Assembly: GCA_002269645.1 (NCBI GenBank)
Contig: NIVC01001105.1
Span: forward strand, 1-64,000
From: Macrostomum lignano
Taxonomy: Eukaryota
DNA: 64,000 nt
Direction of reading: 5' to 3'
The stretch's first letter is position 1, and each line of letters begins with the position of its first letter. Of this stretch, positions 1 through 19,986 are shown one piece after another. Below the pieces are notes generated by a model. It had not been told where the DNA came from. It did no database searches and saw nothing but the letters and a program-made list of their open reading frames with translations. The translations under genes and the position numbers were made by a program.

Positions 1-260
1 GCCCAGCCTATCCAACCTATGTCTATGGCCAACCTATCCAACCTATGTCTATGGCCCAACCTATCCAACTATGTCTATGGCCCAACCTATCCAACCTATG
101 TCTATCGCTCAGCATATCCAGCCTGTCTATGGCACAGCCTATCCAACCTATGTCTATGGCTCAGCCTATCCAGCCTGTCTATGGCCCAACCTATTCAACC
201 TATGTCTATGGCCCAACCTATTCCAACCTATGATGGCACAGCCTATCCAGCTTGTCTATG
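1..260. repeat. ~27-bp minisatellite (CCCAACCTATCCAACCTATGTCTATGG), truncated by window start
   Basis: Tandem copies visible; ORF track repeats the 9-aa unit MSMAQPIQP = 27 bp. Confidence 0.85.
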
Positions 261-749
261 ACCGACAGACTGACAGACAGACTGATAGACAGACAATTAT
301 GTCTAATGGTTAAGCCACTGCACTTTCCCACAGACTGCAAGCCAAGCCAGTAATTTAAGTTAAGGCTATCTTAAGTAAAAATCTCAGCTTAAAAGACAAT
401 TTATTAGAGAAGTTCAAAGCAACTATTGTGATTGCAGAACAGGATTTCTAGCACACGGTTCTGATTTTTAATAGGATTGCTCGCTTAATAGATTTTTTAT
501 TTTATTGACTTTTTAGACACGGGTCGAGAGTATATTCTAGTTCTGTTAGCAAAAAACGAATGGCGAAATGAAGCCAGAAAGGTCCCAGTGCTACGAAAGG
601 ATTGCCACTTAATTGCGTTGCATTAGTCAGTAATGCATGATGACAGGTTTAATGATTAACGGATCTGTTGCGATAAACCACGCTTCTATACGAAACAAAT
701 CATACTTGCTAGACGATAATATTGAACAAGTATACATAGACTCAAGTTT

Positions 750-1024
<275 letters not shown>

Positions 1025-1284
1025 CTCGTTCGCAAACTTCAGCAAGCGCTCAGCAAACTTCATTAATCCCTGACTAGGATTGAGATCTTGTGTTTTCGGG
1101 AGAGAGGTGAGATCGCGCGAAATTCTGTCGTCACCTGAGATCCGTTTTGCAAAATGAAGGAGACAGGTGCGAACAGGTGGGATCAGTGTTCTGTTGGCTG
1201 ATTTAGCATCCTTCGATTAATGAGAGTAAAGACATTAATTCACAGAGAGCGGGTGCGGTAACTCTACATTTGTGAAAGTGTGCT

Positions 1285-1304
1285 GCAGACAGATAGACAC
1301 ACTA

Positions 1305-1368
<64 letters not shown>

Positions 1369-1374
1369 GACAGC

Positions 1375-1450
<76 letters not shown>
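1285..1450. repeat. (GACA)n microsatellite
   Basis: Direct inspection. Confidence 0.97.
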
Positions 1451-1451
<1 letters not shown>

Positions 1452-1954
1452 GTGACAATAGAATACAAAACTTACTGTAGATCAATCTGCTCAAGCAACA
1501 ATTAAAAATTAGACAACAACCTGCGCCTCGGCGAAGTCAAGGTTTGAAAGGAAGGATTTTACGTCGATATTTCAATAAATTACTCTGTTAGACAGCGCAG
1601 CAGGCAGTCCTTAGTTTGTTGCTTTTTAGTATCCTTGAAACACCGGCGCCTGTACATCAGCTGATACCAATGCCCTTCCTCAGTAGTGGACATCGGCAGT
1701 CATTGGCTGAGCACAGAGTTTTTTTGCATTGCATTTTGCATTGCATTTTCTGCCCCGGTTTCAGTATTTCTGCATTTCTGCACAACTGAGCTAGTTTGGC
1801 ATTTTCGCAGCAACATTTTTTTGCAATGCCTATTGTTCTTCGCCTTTAAAGCCTCTGTCCCATCTGTTCATAAGGAATAGGCAGGGGAAGGGAAGCGATG
1901 TGTGCCTCAGGAAACAGGATCGCGTGTTTTGAATGAGTAGAGAAAGTTTCCATT

Positions 1955-2848
<894 letters not shown>

Positions 2849-3518
2849 CAGAAAATAGATAGGATAATAATAGAAAAACCCAAAAAATCAATCAGTACTA
2901 TTTTGTGTGTCGGCACGAACACCGGACGGCACCAGAGCGCAACACAGAAGCTGAGCATGGTATATTATACATTAGCACAAGCATAGGGCATTGGGCCTTC
3001 GCTCGAGGCTATAAATGATTTGAAGCGATCAATCAATAAAACGGACGGCATTGAATCATATAAAACGTCTTCTAAATAAAAATTTTTTTACCAGCATTTC
3101 TCATCCGGTCATGAGATTTTCCTCGGGGCAAAATATTTCAAAGAGGAAAATTTTAGTCCTGCCTGCGGGAAGAAAGCAACATGAAATCTTGCTCAGTCAA
3201 AGAGAAACACTCTCAAGGATGTATCCGATACACAATTTCTTAGAAAAGGGATGATGTGAAGGGTACTGGGCCTGGAACTGCCGCTCGCTATGCATCCTGA
3301 TATCTTGATGGAATACGTGATTCCCAGATCCCTGCCTAGGCCCGTCGAATCGCAACAATCAATAACGCAAAGAAAATAAGAAATGCACCTCCGATCTCCC
3401 GTCACGCAGCGATGACCAAGCAGCAATTGAATCCCGAACGACCGGTCATTGGGATACCACAAAACGTCATGCAGGCAGGAAATGCAGAATATTAAGCTAT
3501 TTAATGTTTCTTCTTTAA

Positions 3519-6500
3519 TCAGTCGCTGGCAAGATCCACGAAATTGTCCGAGTTCACTTTCGCAGCGCCGCCCTGGCCGGTGAAACCGCCGTTCACGTCG
3601 CCCTCTGCTGTCGGCTGCTGCAGTTCTCTGAGAAGCGCCTCCGGGTTCCTGATGCAGGCGGTCTCCAGGTCTGTTAATAAAGCATTGCTTCAGTCAGCTT
3701 CACAATTCAAAAATAAATCATTAGTTTTGGCGTAACTATTGTTGAGCTCAACATTTCTGCCTCCCCTGCTGTGCGAGCGCGCTGCTTTTCCTCTAATTAT
3801 TATGGGCAACAGCTGACTTTGTAAGATGTCAACCTAATCCCCACTGGCCATCTTACCGTCTCTGTACCTGCCTGTCTGTCTGTCTCCGCCTCACCTGCGT
3901 AAAACAATGATAAGTTTTTTCTAGCCAATGCAACGCCTACTTCGCCTTGCCTATTGAGAGTAGCTTATAATAAGCCCTTCGATTTTTCTTTCTTTGCACG
4001 TTGCATATAAATTTTGTGTCGAATTCTGGTGAGGTCTGATCTCTTAAAGTACAGCGCCTCTGATGATCTACTTGAGTTCTAGTCTAATGCAAGACTGAGT
4101 GTGAGCTTTATCAACATGGATTCTCAAGGCAATTTGAATCTCTACGCGGTTCTTTACCCCCTCTTGGATATTGAGTAAGGAAATTAGTTAGCGATAGGAT
4201 GAGAGCGGAATGGGAGCGGAATAGGGGCGGAGCTAAATGGAGGCGGAGCGGAACGGAATGGGGGCGGAGCGGAGCTGAATGGGGGCGGAGCGGAGCTGAA
4301 TGGGGGCGGAGCGGAGCTGAATGGGGCGGAGCGGAGCTGAATGGGGGCGGAGCGGAGCGGAATGGGGGCGGAGCGGAGCTGAATGGGGGCGGAGCGGAGC
4401 TGAATGGGGGCGGAGCGGAGCTGAATGGGGGCGGAGCGGAGCTGAATGGGGGCGGAGCGGAGCTGAATGGGGGCGGAGCGGAGCGGAATGGGGGCGGAGC
4501 GGAGCTGAATGGGGGCGGAGCGGAGCGGAATGGGGCGGAGCGGAGCTGAATGGGGGCGGAGCGGAGCTGAATGGGGGCGGAGCGGAGCTGAATGGGGGCG
4601 GAGCGGAGCGGAATGGGGGCGGAGCGGAGCTGAATGGGGGCGGAGCGGAGCTGAATGGGGGCGGAGCGGGCTCACCGCGCACAACAAAGCCGGAGTCCAT
4701 GATGGTCTTGCCGCCCGACCGCCAGACGGTGTGCAGGCGCTGCAGCAACGCGGCGTAGACGTCCAAAAACGTTGCCAAAGGGTCTCCGCTGGAGTTGATG
4801 AGGCGATTCAGACTCTGGTGCCGCAGGGCGATGAGCACAGCTCTGGTCAGGTTGATGCTCATCACGCAGAATGGATAATTCTGCTCGGCGTCTAGCGATA
4901 GGCGGAAAGCGTCGGCGCGGAGGCTGGCGAGGCGCGGTGACGTCACCAGGTGCAGCAGGCAGAGCGGGCCCAGCATGCCGCAGCCGCGAAGGTCAGTGCT
5001 GGGGTCGCTGCCCTGCGGCGGTTGGCGAAATGATGCGGTGGATTCCTCGATTCCCCATCCTCGATTCCCCATCCTCGATTCCCCATCCTCGATTCCCCAT
5101 CCTCGATTCCCCATCCTCGATTCCCCATCCTCGATTCCCCATCCTCGATTCCCCATCCTCGATTCCCCATCCTCGATTCCCCATCCTCGATTCCCCATCC
5201 TCGATTCCCCATCCTCGATTCCCCATCCTCGATTCCCCATCCTCGATTCCCCATCCTCGATTCCCCATCCTCGATTCCCCATCCTCGATTCCCCATCCTC
5301 GATTCCCCATCCTCGATTCCCCATCCTCGATTCCCCATCCTCGATTCCCCATCCTCGATTCCCCATCCTCGATTCCCCATCCTCGATTCCCCATCCTCGA
5401 TTCCCCATCCTCGATTCCCATCCTCGATTCCCCATCCTCGATTCCCCATCCTCGATTCCCCATCCTCGATTCCCCATCCTCGATTCCCCATCCTCGATTC
5501 CCCATCCTCGATTCCCCATCCTCTTTCAATGGCTAAATTATGGTATTCCAAATTACAACTATCCGGAAAGTGCGTCTGTTTTCAAGAAATAGCGGCCGTT
5601 TGCAAAATCGCCTACTAACTGAATACACTCAGTAGCATAACTAGACTTCACTAGCAACACGTAGAAAATAAGTAAAAATGGAATCAAAAAGGCTCACTTG
5701 AAAGCCGACAGCCTCCCAGTGGGCACCGAATCTGGGACACGGCCGGCGAGGGTCTTGCAGGAGGCCGCGGTACACCGTGGCAAGCATCCGCTGGTGAACT
5801 TCGTCTCGCTCGTCGAACGGACCTGAAATGCGGTGTCAAGTTGTTGTTTCAGGGGTGTTAAGCTGAGTGTCAGGGGGGTGGCAAACTCTTTTTTAGCTAT
5901 CTGTTGCAACCTACAGGGTATCTGTGGGGTGCCTCATTGGGTATTTGTGGGGTGCCTCATTGGGTATCTGTGAGACGCCTCATTGGGTATCTGTGGGTGC
6001 CTCATTGGGTATCTGTGGGTGCCTCATTGGGTATCTGTGGGTGCCTCATTGGGTATCTGTGGGTGCCTCATTGGGTATCTGTGGGTGCCTCATTGGGTCA
6101 TTGGGTATCTGTGGGGTGCCTCATTGGGTATCTGTGAGATGACTCATTGGGTATCTGTGAGATGCCTCATTGGGTATCTGTGAGATGCCTCATTGGGTAT
6201 CTGTGAGACGCCTCATTGGGTATCTGTGGGGTGCCTCATTGGGTATCTGTGGGGTGCCTCATTGGGTATCTGTGGGGTGCCTCATTGGGTATCTGTGGGG
6301 TGCCTCATGGGGTATCTGTGGAGTGCCTCATTGGGTATCTGTGGGTGCCTCATTGGGTATCTGTGGGTGCCTCATTGGGTATCTGTCGAAAATCGCCTTT
6401 GCCACGCTCACAGCAGGCCAGGCAGAACACGAAGTCTCTCCGGTCTCTCAACGCCCCCCTCAGGCGGGGCGGCCCGCACAGAAAGTTGCGCAGCGCGGCC

Positions 6501-9031
6501 AGGCCCCTCTGCTCCACCCGGGTTTGAATGCCGGCCCTGTACTGTCCGAGAATTCCTGCCGCTTCGAAGTGGGCCACGCACTCGGCCAGGCTGGCGGCCG
6601 GAGCCGCCTGCCCGACGGCTGCTGCAGACGCCTCCTCGTCCTCGTCCGACTCGTCTTCCACTGTTTGAAAATTTATTGCAGTTTAACAAGATGAAAAAAA
6701 TCTTTTTTTAGAAGAATTTTGAAAAACTAGCTTTTAAAAAAATTGCCAAGGACCACTGCACTCGTAGTATAGCAGGAGATTATGAAATGGCAAGAAAATA
6801 TTATATGAAAATTTGGGTCTACGACGTTTGCCTGCGGGACGTTTGCCTGCGGGACGTTTGCCAGCCGACATTTGCCAGCCGACGTTTGCCAGCCGACATT
6901 TGCCTGCCGGAAGTTTGCCAGCCAAAATTTGCTAGCCAATATAAAGCCAGTCAGTGAAAAATTTGATACTGAAATATTCGCAGTTTAGCGGTTTGACAAA
7001 AACCATTTTTACTCCAACTTTTTGACAGTTATTCGCATATATACAAGTTTGAAAGCAAAATATATAAACCCAATGTTCATCTTTTGATATGTTGAGCCAA
7101 AATCGTTGGTAAACTAGATATTAGACGTTAGACTGATGAACTGCATAATTTATATATTTTGCTTTCAAACTTGTATATATGCGAATAACCGTCAAAAAGT
7201 TGGAGTAAAAACGGTTTTTGTCAAACCGCTAAACTGCGAATATTTCAGTATCAAATTTTTCACTGACTGGCTTTATATTGGCTAGCAAATTTTGGCTGGC
7301 AAACTTCCGGCAGGCAAACGTCGGCTGGCAAACGTCCCGCAGGCAAACGTCGGCTGGCAAACGTCCCGCAGGCAAACGTCGGCTGGCAAACGTCCCGCAG
7401 GCAAACGTCGGCTGGCAAACGTCCCGCAGGCAAACGTCGGCTGGCAAGCGTCCCGCAGGCAAACGTCGCTATCCCGAAAATTTAAGCTTTACTACACGGC
7501 TAAACATAAAATTGCCAGTTAAAAGAATGACAATCTTCACTGCCCCAGATCAGATGCAATCATTAATATGATTTTTTCCTATCTCCGCAGTGTATTTTTC
7601 CAGGAATTTGGTCCTCAAAAAGTTACACGATCTTTCATTTTTACGTATTGTCACACTATTGTATTGTTGTACAGGGATCCTTTAGCAAAGCGCGTCTCAT
7701 TTCTGCACAGATTTTTTGCGAAGCTTTTTTTAGTCAAAAGCAGCCCGTGCAGCCCATGAATCTGCCTAGCTCAGCAGTTGTACTTTTCTGGAAAAGCAAG
7801 GCCAAATAATCTCACCTTCATCTTTGGCATATTTGAGCGTTACTTGCGGCACATTATTCCAGTCGGAATGACCAGATTCGAGCTCGGGCTGCAGCTCCGC
7901 TGAAGGCGCTTCATCACTGAAGTTGGCCGCGGTGGCGGCTGTGGCATATTTTGAAGGGCTACTCGAGTCGGTCTCTGCTGAGGCGGCTGCGGTTGCCAGC
8001 GACTTAGTGACTGGACTTGGATAACTGGATAGTGGACCAGTAGTAGGTCCAGTTGTAGGACCAGTATGATCAGTTGTAGGAACAGTTGTAGGGCCAGTTG
8101 TAGGGCCAGTTGTAGAGCCAGTAGGACCAGTTTTAGGACCAGTTGTAGGGCCAGTTGTAGGACCAGTAGGACCAGTTGTAGGACCAGTTGTAGGACCAGT
8201 TGTAGGGCCAGTAGGATCAGTTATAGGGCCAGTTGTAGGGCCAGTTGTAGGGCCAGTTGTAGGGCCAGTTGTAGAGCCAGTAGGACCAGTTTTAGGACCA
8301 GTTGTAGGGCCAGTTGTAGGACCAGTAGGACCAGTTGTAGGACCAGTTGTAGGGCCAGTAGGATCAGTTATAGGGCCAGTTGTAGGGCCAGTTGTAGGGC
8401 CAGTTGTAGGACCAGTTGTAGGGCCAGTAGGATCAGTTATAGGGCCAGTTGTAGGGCCAGTTGTAGGGCCAGTTGTAGGGCCAGTTGTAGGGCCAGTTGT
8501 AGGGCCAGTAGGATCAGTTGTGGGACCAGTAGGACCAGTTGTGGGACCATCCCCAGGACCAGTTGTTGAACTCTTAGCGGGGCTATTAATCTCGACAGAT
8601 TTTGCTTCAATTTCTGTCCCAGTTGCCATTTCGACAGCCCCGCCAGCATCCATAGAATCAGCGGTTGGCGCCTCATCGCTGCGCAATCCAGCTAGTAGGT
8701 CGATCGGCTCAAGTCGACTTTGCTGCTCCTGCTCGTTGGTCTGCTCCCGAGCTGCCTGCTGCTGGTCGGCAAAGTTCAGCTGAAAGTCAAATTCGTCGTC
8801 TCCGGCTGCTGACTGCTGCTGCTGCTGCTCAGCCAGTCGGTAGGGGCTGTCGGACCGGGCAATCCCGTAGCCGCTGGTGCCATTGTCGGCGTCAAAGGTT
8901 GTGCTGGCATTTGCTGGCGGCTGAACTGCGGCCGCGTCAAAGTCGACAGCAAAGCCGCGCTGCAGTCCCATGCCAACGTCCTGATCGACGCTGTTGAATC
9001 CGAATGGATCGGCGCTGCGACCGAAGTTCAT
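3519..9031 (-). CDS. ELMOD3: ELMO-domain protein 3-like (ARL/ARF GAP), ~692 aa, 5 coding exons
   Basis: Exons 9031-7816, 6660-6412, 5822-5698, 5012-4676, 3670-3519; all GT-AG with matching phases (1,1,0,1). Spliced product has [15 protein letters not shown] and [20 protein letters not shown] (ELMOD GAP motif with catalytic Arg), plus [12 protein letters not shown] and [10 protein letters not shown]. Start ATG is the least certain point. Confidence 0.88.
4200..4670. repeat. 21-bp G-rich minisatellite (GGGGGCGGAGCGGAGCTGAAT) in ELMOD3 intron 4
   Basis: Tandem copies run to within about 5 nt of the GTGAG donor at 4675. Confidence 0.95.
5040..5522. repeat. 14-bp minisatellite (TTCCCCATCCTCGA) in ELMOD3 intron 3
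   Basis: Near-perfect array ending about 27 nt before the acceptor at 5013-5014. Confidence 0.97.
5915..6386. repeat. ~22-bp minisatellite (CATTGGGTATCTGTGGGTGCCT) in ELMOD3 intron 2
   Basis: Tandem copies starting about 25 nt after the donor at 6411. Confidence 0.95.
6815..7475. mobile_element. Foldback/MITE with long TIRs containing tandem subrepeats and 8-bp TSD (MULE/Phantom- or Merlin-like)
   Basis: GGG...CCC termini; both flanks read GAAAATTT (6807-6814 and 7476-7483); about 250 bp inverted arms (GCTAGCCAATATAAAGCCAGTCAGTGAAAAATTTGATAC and its reverse complement); tandem CGACGTTTGCC subrepeats; no ORF. Superfamily is inference. Confidence 0.85.
8030..8570 (-). repeat. In-frame Thr/Gly/Pro (TTGP)n repeat inside ELMOD3 exon 1
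   Basis: 12-bp-based repeat keeps the minus frame open (ORF 7766-9094). Confidence 0.75.
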
Positions 9032-9309
9032 AATGACAGGGTTCGCGATTGATAGCGCATTAAAGTGTGGATTGGTGCTGCATATTTTCCACAATGCAAC
9101 TTTAAGCTTAAAAAGGAGTGCAATTCATTTTTAAATATAATTTTTTGAAAAGAACAAGCAATTCTGTTTTTAACTCTTAGGCCAAATAATACAGAAATAT
9201 CCAAAAGGCTTTACAAAAGACAGATACCATACAAATAGTTTTAATTCAGAATATACAACGAAAAGACACATAAACAAAGTTCTTAAATTATTCAACGACA
9301 AGACTGGTC

Positions 9310-9813
9310 TTTTAAATGTCCTGTCTATCTTTCTAAAATGAATATAAAATCAAGAAGCTTGTCTAAAGTGAAATGTTAACAAATATGAAAGGTAAAAAGT
9401 TCCACTGCTGAAAAATTATAAGCTAAGTTATTTTTTGTTTTGAATTTTTGATGATTTCAGATTATTTTTAGCATTCATTAAGACAGTCAACCAATGAATT
9501 ATAAAAAAGAATACAAAAGTCAATTGAGAATTGAAAACACTCTTAGACAAACAATTGTTTACAATTATTCACAAAATAGATAAGTTAAGTTCATCTGACC
9601 ATAAAAGTCAAGTTAATGTGACGCAGTTCTATAATAAAATCATATTTACTAAAAAAATAAGTAGACAAACTATAGCTAGGAAGCTAGTAAGCTAGCCCAA
9701 TCAAGAATAGTTTGGATTTTAAATGTCCTGTCTATCTTTCTAAAATGAATATAAAATCAAGAAGCTTGTCTAAAGTGAAATGTTAACAAATATGAAAGGT
9801 AAAAAGTTCCACT
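9310..9813. repeat. 97-bp perfect direct repeat (9310-9406 and 9717-9813)
   Basis: TTTTAAATGTCCTGTCTATC...AAAAAGTTCCACT occurs twice. Confidence 0.85.
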
Positions 9814-10656
9814 TTATTGTTGTTTAGATAAACTTATTAAAATTGAAAATTAAAATTAAAATTAAAATTGTTTAGATGAACTTATTGTTTTAGTTCTTCC
9901 CTATTATAACTAAATTGATAAAATAAAATGGATTTCGGAGCATACTAGCAAGGAAATCGACAGAAGCCAAAAAAGTCTTGCATTACTTGAGTGGAGGACT
10001 TCAAATGAACAAGATAAAAGCAAAATGTCAAGACTAGAGGGATGCAAATGTTTCCAAACCTTTACGTTAAACAGCAGCCTTCCAATGTAAATAGTACAAT
10101 GTTTTATCAGGTTATTCTGAATACAAAGTATATTTCCATCACAGAAAAAAAACTTTTGCAAAATATGCAAAACATTCATAACATTACCAAACCAATAATG
10201 TTTCTACGTTTCTTTTGTTGTTTAACCGTTTAAATTAAAGTAAATATTTTTAACTTTTTTATTTTCCTGGAAAGAACCTAACGACAATCACGAAAACAGA
10301 AAAATAACTGGCAAACAAGTGTTTTTACTTCTTTATCTGACCCAGTAAAAACTGTTTAAAGCTGTTTTGTTTGTTAAATCTGGTAATCGCGCTATTACCT
10401 AGCTTGAGTCTTCATCTTATTCATGCCTAGTTTTGCTGTATGATATTAACTTAAAACCTATAATTGTATTAATTGCTTCTATTAGTTTAGGTAGGTATTT
10501 TAAAAGACGTTAACACTACACAAATTTCAAACAGATCCAGTTTTAAGGACTGGATCCAGTTTTAAGATCTGCGGTTTGAATCCGTTGGGTGACGATTTTT
10601 GATTGATTTCAGCTAATTTTCGGCAGATATTTTGGTTTACCTTTTTCTTTTGAATA

Positions 10657-16533
<5,877 letters not shown>

Positions 16534-16924
16534 TTCAATCTCTGCGACTGTCCTGACCTCTGCAGCTCTTCTAGGTTCAGTTCAGTAACAAATCCTATGC
16601 TTTATAAAACTGTTTTAGATTATCAATGCGCGATAAGTTTTCGATAGTACTCAGTAGTTAGTAGTAGTAGTATGATGTGCGTATTGTTTTGAACAGCTTT
16701 TTCCTTTTTTGATTTAGACAACGCTTATTTTGAATCTCTAATTATAAGATTTGAATCTAGCGAGTTTCCGGCTATATTAATCGATGGCAATGCAACATTT
16801 AACTATAATCAGTGTTGTGTACTTTTGCTTTCATTTTTGTTGTTTTGTACGCTTTATGCAAATATGTAAATGTATTGAGATTTGTAATTTGGGGGGGGGG
16901 GCGCAATTATATTTTAGTGGGTGT

Positions 16925-17200
16925 CATTTATTTTAGGGAGTACTTTTTTTTTGAGGGGTGCCATTTTTAAGTTGAGAGGGTGCCATTTTCTTTGATAGGG
17001 TGCCATTTTCTTTGATAGGGTGCCATTTTTAAGTTGAGAGGGTGCCATTTTTAATTTGAGGGGTGCCATTTTTAAGTTGAGAGGGTGCCATTTTATTTGA
17101 GAGGATGCCATTTTTAATTTGAGGGGTGCCATTTTATTTGAGAGGGTGCCATTCTATTTAAGGGGGTGCCATTTTATTTGAAGGGTGCCATTTTATTTGA
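16925..17200. repeat. ~21-22-bp degenerate minisatellite (GAGGGTGCCATTTTTAAGTTGA)
   Basis: Direct inspection. Confidence 0.85.
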
Positions 17201-19109
17201 GGGGCGATAGCGTCCGCGGCGTCAGCCATGGCGGGTTGCCAAAGCCATCCTGTAAGTTGGTTCAATATGCATGTACTTTTGCCAGCTATTCAACTGTTTG
17301 CATCTTATGCTGAAGATTATTGCAATTGTTAAATCGTACGACCTCTCTAGCTGTCTCATGCTTTATTTGTTCTTAGTCTTTGACTCTTTGTTTCTTTTCT
17401 TTTTATCAAACGCTTTTTACTGCAGACAGTTTTCAGTAGCGTAGAAGACCGGAATTTCTAGAAGTATCGTTTTTGCGCGATTTGTTTAAATTAATTGTTA
17501 AACTGTTGGGTGTTTATTGTTTGGCTTACGTGCTGCGACAGAAACAGGCTCTCTTGGCATTGAAGCATATTGCTACTCGTGCTATAATTTATTAATAGTA
17601 AAGCGAACCACGCTGCATGTGTAGGCACTCTGTTCTGAGAATCCCCAAGTAAGCATTGCTGATGAATTTAAAGTCAAGTGCATGCAGCTTACTCGTAAAG
17701 AAGCCCAGCTAACCCTACCCCTATGTGTGTACATCCGGCCTGCAAAGGGCTTACCCCAATGTACGCACGCAGCCCAGCACGCCCTGATCCTACCCCTGTG
17801 TGCACTCACGCTGATAGACAAACCCTATCCTTATGTACATGCGAGGTGGTAAAAGCCTTACCCCAATGTACGCACGTAGCCCAGCAAACCCTACCCCTCT
17901 ATGTACAGTCAAGTTCCTCCCTCTGACTCTAAAGTACTACATAAAATCAATTAGATTTTGTATCTTTTTGACGATAAACGAGTACGAGTACTTGTACCCT
18001 CTATAGTAGTTCCTCTATTAGCAGCGTTTAAAGTGTTTTGCAAGTACTGAAATTCACTCAAACCATTACTCTTTCATATTTAACCCGAATTTTGGAACCG
18101 ACTCGACAATATTAGCATAAGATAATTGCCGCCCTGAATTGTTTTGCCTTTGTAGTTGCTATTGCGCAATCTGTAACCTTCAATTTTCTCCACAATTAAC
18201 TTACCACCAGAGAGATATAAACGAATTGACCAGCTCATAATTAAATGAGGATTTTCTCCTTTTTTCTGGTGTAAAAACTAGAGCCTTACACGCACTGCAG
18301 TTTTTTGTTATATTTTTTTCTGAATCGATTGAAGTTAGAGAATTAAATTAAGTAGTTTTAAAAGTGTTTATAATAAAAGGAGTGAATTAAATTCCATAAA
18401 CGCAACTCAATTTATACCCAATAGCCACGATAGCGTAATAATGTTCCTCATAATAGCATCAATTTGCACGGATGAAGATGCGCCGATATATTGAATTAAA
18501 AACAGCACTGTTTTGATGTAATGAAACATAAAAAACTTTGTTAATAGGCATTCGATTTGATGTTAGATAAAGCCAAGTCAAGCATGCACTACAAGCATTC
18601 TTTCTGCAATAACATGACACCATACGTTATCCATAAATATATGCACTAAAGATTCATAATTTTACTATATACGAGCATAATGACGAACAAAGCCATTTGG
18701 ATTAAAAAAACTGGATTCAAAAGCAATCGAGATTACAATAATATAAATATTCAGTACTCGCGGAATGACTGGCTGGACACCTGATAAAAAGCATGATAAA
18801 CGAACAAACCAACAGGAAATTGAAACAACATACACATGTTGTTTGACGAAGTTAAAGCGTTCGGAATATAAAGAAAAAGACGAAAAACTTTTTTAAAACA
18901 TCAAAATATCAGATCTGAAATCACCTGTGACCCGCAGTTTAAGATACGTAAGTGTTGATCTTTAATAATATATATTGTGACGTATGCTTGAGTCAAAAAC
19001 AACGAATTCATTTTTATAAAGAAAGGCACTTCATTAGCTTAATTGAATAGAGCCGTTGTACGATAATAAAAAGGAGTGTTGATCTGAAAGAATGTATATC
19101 GAATTGGCC

Positions 19110-19325
19110 ACTGCAGCCTAGCGCGGCCGAGTGTACATTGGGGTAAGGGATGGTTGGGGTTAGCCTAGCGCTGCCAAGTGTACATTGGGGTAAGGGATGG
19201 CTGGGGTTAGCCTAGCGCGGCCGAGTGTACATTGGGGTAAGGGATGGCTGGGGTTAGCCTAGCGCGGCCGAGTGTACATTGGGGTAAGGGATGGTTGGGG
19301 TTAGCCTAGCGCGGCCGAGTGTACA
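19110..19325. repeat. 46-bp tandem repeat, ~4.5 copies
   Basis: AGCCTAGCGCGGCCGAGTGTACATTGGGGTAAGGGATGGYTGGGGTT repeated head to tail without spacers. Confidence 0.9.
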
Positions 19326-19986
19326 TCTGGTAACGACACGTGGAAATATGATTCAAACCACTAAATAGTCTTCCAGAAACAAGTAATCAATAGATCAATA
19401 GGATTCAATAGGCTAGCTGTCCTAAATAAGCGTAAAGCCAACAGCGACCGTACACTCGCACAGCAAACGATACAAAACATTGAAGGAGCTACATAGACTA
19501 AGAGCTTAAGCTTAATACTCAACATGCCAGCTTAAAGCAGAAATAAGTTGAAATCAAAAGAACGTTTTTTGAACAAACGCATTATTAATACGCTTTACAA
19601 ATTACGAATTTGTGTTCTTTATAATGTTCTAGGAGCAGGTTACTGATATGCTGCTTACAATAATGGCCTTAAATAATAAGTGCCTGTGGAGCTAAGCGCA
19701 AACAACTTTCACCAATACAGTATTACTGGCTTACCAAAAAATTCAAATTCTCGCCAAAAAAGCGTCATCTAACACGTCATCTAGTTTTCAAAATATTATA
19801 TCACACACTACTATGAATAAAATTAGGGCTAAAACAAAAAGCTAACAATTACTAAACCGTACCGCGAGTTTAAATAGAAAAAAGTAGCAATTTTGCTATA
19901 AAAAGCTTAAAGAGAATAAATCTATCTGAAATCCATCAATTAGTCATTCGAAAAATATGAAATTATTCGATCATTCCGACGCATGC

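Noticed and set aside
19110-19325. Regular 46-bp repeats as a CRISPR array
   Set aside because: No unique spacers, no cas genes, eukaryotic context.
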